Source: Bispira polyomma
Lineage: Eukaryota
NCBI GenBank assembly: GCA_965649765.1
Contig: OZ287750.1
Span: forward strand, 32,984,001 to 33,048,000
Reading direction: 5' to 3'
DNA: 64,000 nt
Shown here: positions 62,323 through 64,000 of the stretch, piece after piece
Layout: each line of letters starts with the position of its first letter
Position numbering within the stretch: the stretch's first letter is position 1
The notes under the pieces: model-generated
The model's input: the letters and a program-made list of their open reading frames with translations, nothing else
Told to the model about the DNA's origin: nothing
Database searches by the model: none
Made by a program: the position numbers and the translations under genes

Positions 62323-64000
62323 GATACAACAGAGAACATGCCAGCTGAGACTACTCTGGAAAATCATATGGAAATTATCATTAAGTGTCCAATGTTTCCA
62401 GGGACACCACAGATGCTGTGTTTCTACAAAAACTTTTATAACATCAAAATATGATTTATTTATTGCTTAAATTTTATGTTCAAATTTGTACAATAAATAT
62501 TTCTGCCACTAATTTATTATTGATGCACCATTGTTGGGAAAATTGTATCATATTAGAAGCTTATTTCCAGTGTATTAAACATATATTAAATAAAAGTAAT
62601 ATCAGCACCAGTAAATTTTAAAGGAATCTGTACACATGAGAATTTTGTCAGCTATATACAAACCTTTGTGAGTTATAAATACCACGTGACAAATATTTTG
62701 CAAATATTATTAATGACACAAATCACATGCATTGCATAGATATATGCTACAATTCATATTCTATATGCTACTTAAGTCAACTTATTTATAAAAGGAGGTC
62801 ATCTGAATAGATATAAGATTTTTAAAAGGGGTTTGAGTGTCTATATTTATAAATATGTGTTTAAGTTTAATGAGAGATGTATGCTTGACTTGTCTGCAAA
62901 ACATCTCTCTTTGTATGTACATCCCAAAGTTTCACCAAAACCAAATTCCTTTAATGTAAAATAATATTATTCCACAGATAAATGGAAAACAATAATTTCT
63001 TTTAGATGTTGTAAAACATGTATTCTCTATAAACATTGTAACAGTTTATAACATCATGAAACATATTATGACATGGCCAGAGTGCTCTCTAATGAATCAA
63101 AAATGAGAACTAATGGCACCCTTCTGACCCATTTTAAATATGACTCAATAGCCATTTGGGTGGAATCCATACAGAAATTAATGATCCTTCTTAAGGATAA
63201 TTCTTAGTCATTTCCTGGAGATTCACTATATTTTTCGATGATGTGTGGGTCATTTATTACATCCAGAAAAGGCCATTTGTCTTTGGTGCAAGACACAGGC
63301 TACTTTTAGGACTTTAGGTAGTACTTAAGTGCCATCGTCATAAAATGACTGCATTAAAGCTACAATCACATTAAGCATCGAACAAAACAACCTTGCAGAC
63401 TAAGTAAAAGTAACATTTCTAATTAAATTCACTGATAGTCATATTAAATATGTTCTTATTTTAATGGCAGTTTCACTAAACCATGCACTCGGAAATATTA
63501 CCATTCCCAAGTTAAGTGTCACCTGAGGCAAATTTAAAAACTTTCAGATACTCCATTCAGTTTTAAGTGGAATATTATTTGATACAACTTCAGAGTAACC
63601 CAAGATAAAAGTAGTTAAATGTCAAAGTTATTGTTCTGAATTTTTATAAAATATATTTAGCAGTTGATAGAAGAATACAAGAATTGAAAACAAGAGGGAC
63701 ACGATATGGGATGTCACATATTTAAGAAATATATACTACCTTATGAAAGATTTCATCACCATGTAGATTTGACCCTTATTTTGTGTTGAATGGAATCTAG
63801 GCATAGTTAGTTGACATCTTTACACTAGCTCAACAAGTTCATTGAATATAAATGCTAGCATGGACGTTAATATAGTAATATATAGATAAAAAATAAAAAT
63901 TTCACTTTTGGCAACAAAGGTAACTGATGACCTATATATTGCTATATGGATGTCAAATAGAAATGCTGAATTGTCAATGTTATTCACAGAAACCTTTACT

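Larger units (their letters stand above)
35575..64000 (+). repeat. Tandem segmental duplication array, ~6-kb unit, at least 4 copies
   Basis: Gene, promoter, ~2.7 kb of downstream flank and an L1 fragment recur; ATG spacings 13477, 6452 and 5717 bp (first unit inflated by insertions); array continues past the window end. Confidence 0.93.

Overview
AT-rich animal (invertebrate, probably lophotrochozoan: mollusc or annelid) genomic DNA, not prokaryotic. No rRNA, true tRNA or CRISPR array is supported. Host genes: (1) the first coding exon of an orexin/allatotropin-type GPCR (8982-9482, minus), whose remaining exons were not seen in the window; (2) a tandem array of four intact, intronless 241-aa secreted Tyr/Gly-rich proteins (ATG at 35951, 49428, 55880, 61597). 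Each has two 96-aa repeats resembling a four-cysteine variant of the CBM14/peritrophin-A chitin-binding domain, plus its own TATA box and polyA signal, and is carried on an ~6-kb duplication unit that runs off the window end. The rest is a dense, nested transposon landscape. It includes a young L2-type LINE with an intact EN-RT ORF that begins with NPGP (likely a 2A/StopGo remnant), decayed L2, CR1 and L1/Tx1 LINEs, tRNA-derived SINEs, a MADF-encoding Harbinger-like element, a Helentron-like HINE, MITEs and three 1.3-1.9 kb foldback palindromes. The most unusual observation is an IMPACT/YigZ (UPF0029) domain in the ORF1 position of a CR1-like retrotransposon (42809-43261, minus). Family assignments come from recalled motifs, not database searches.
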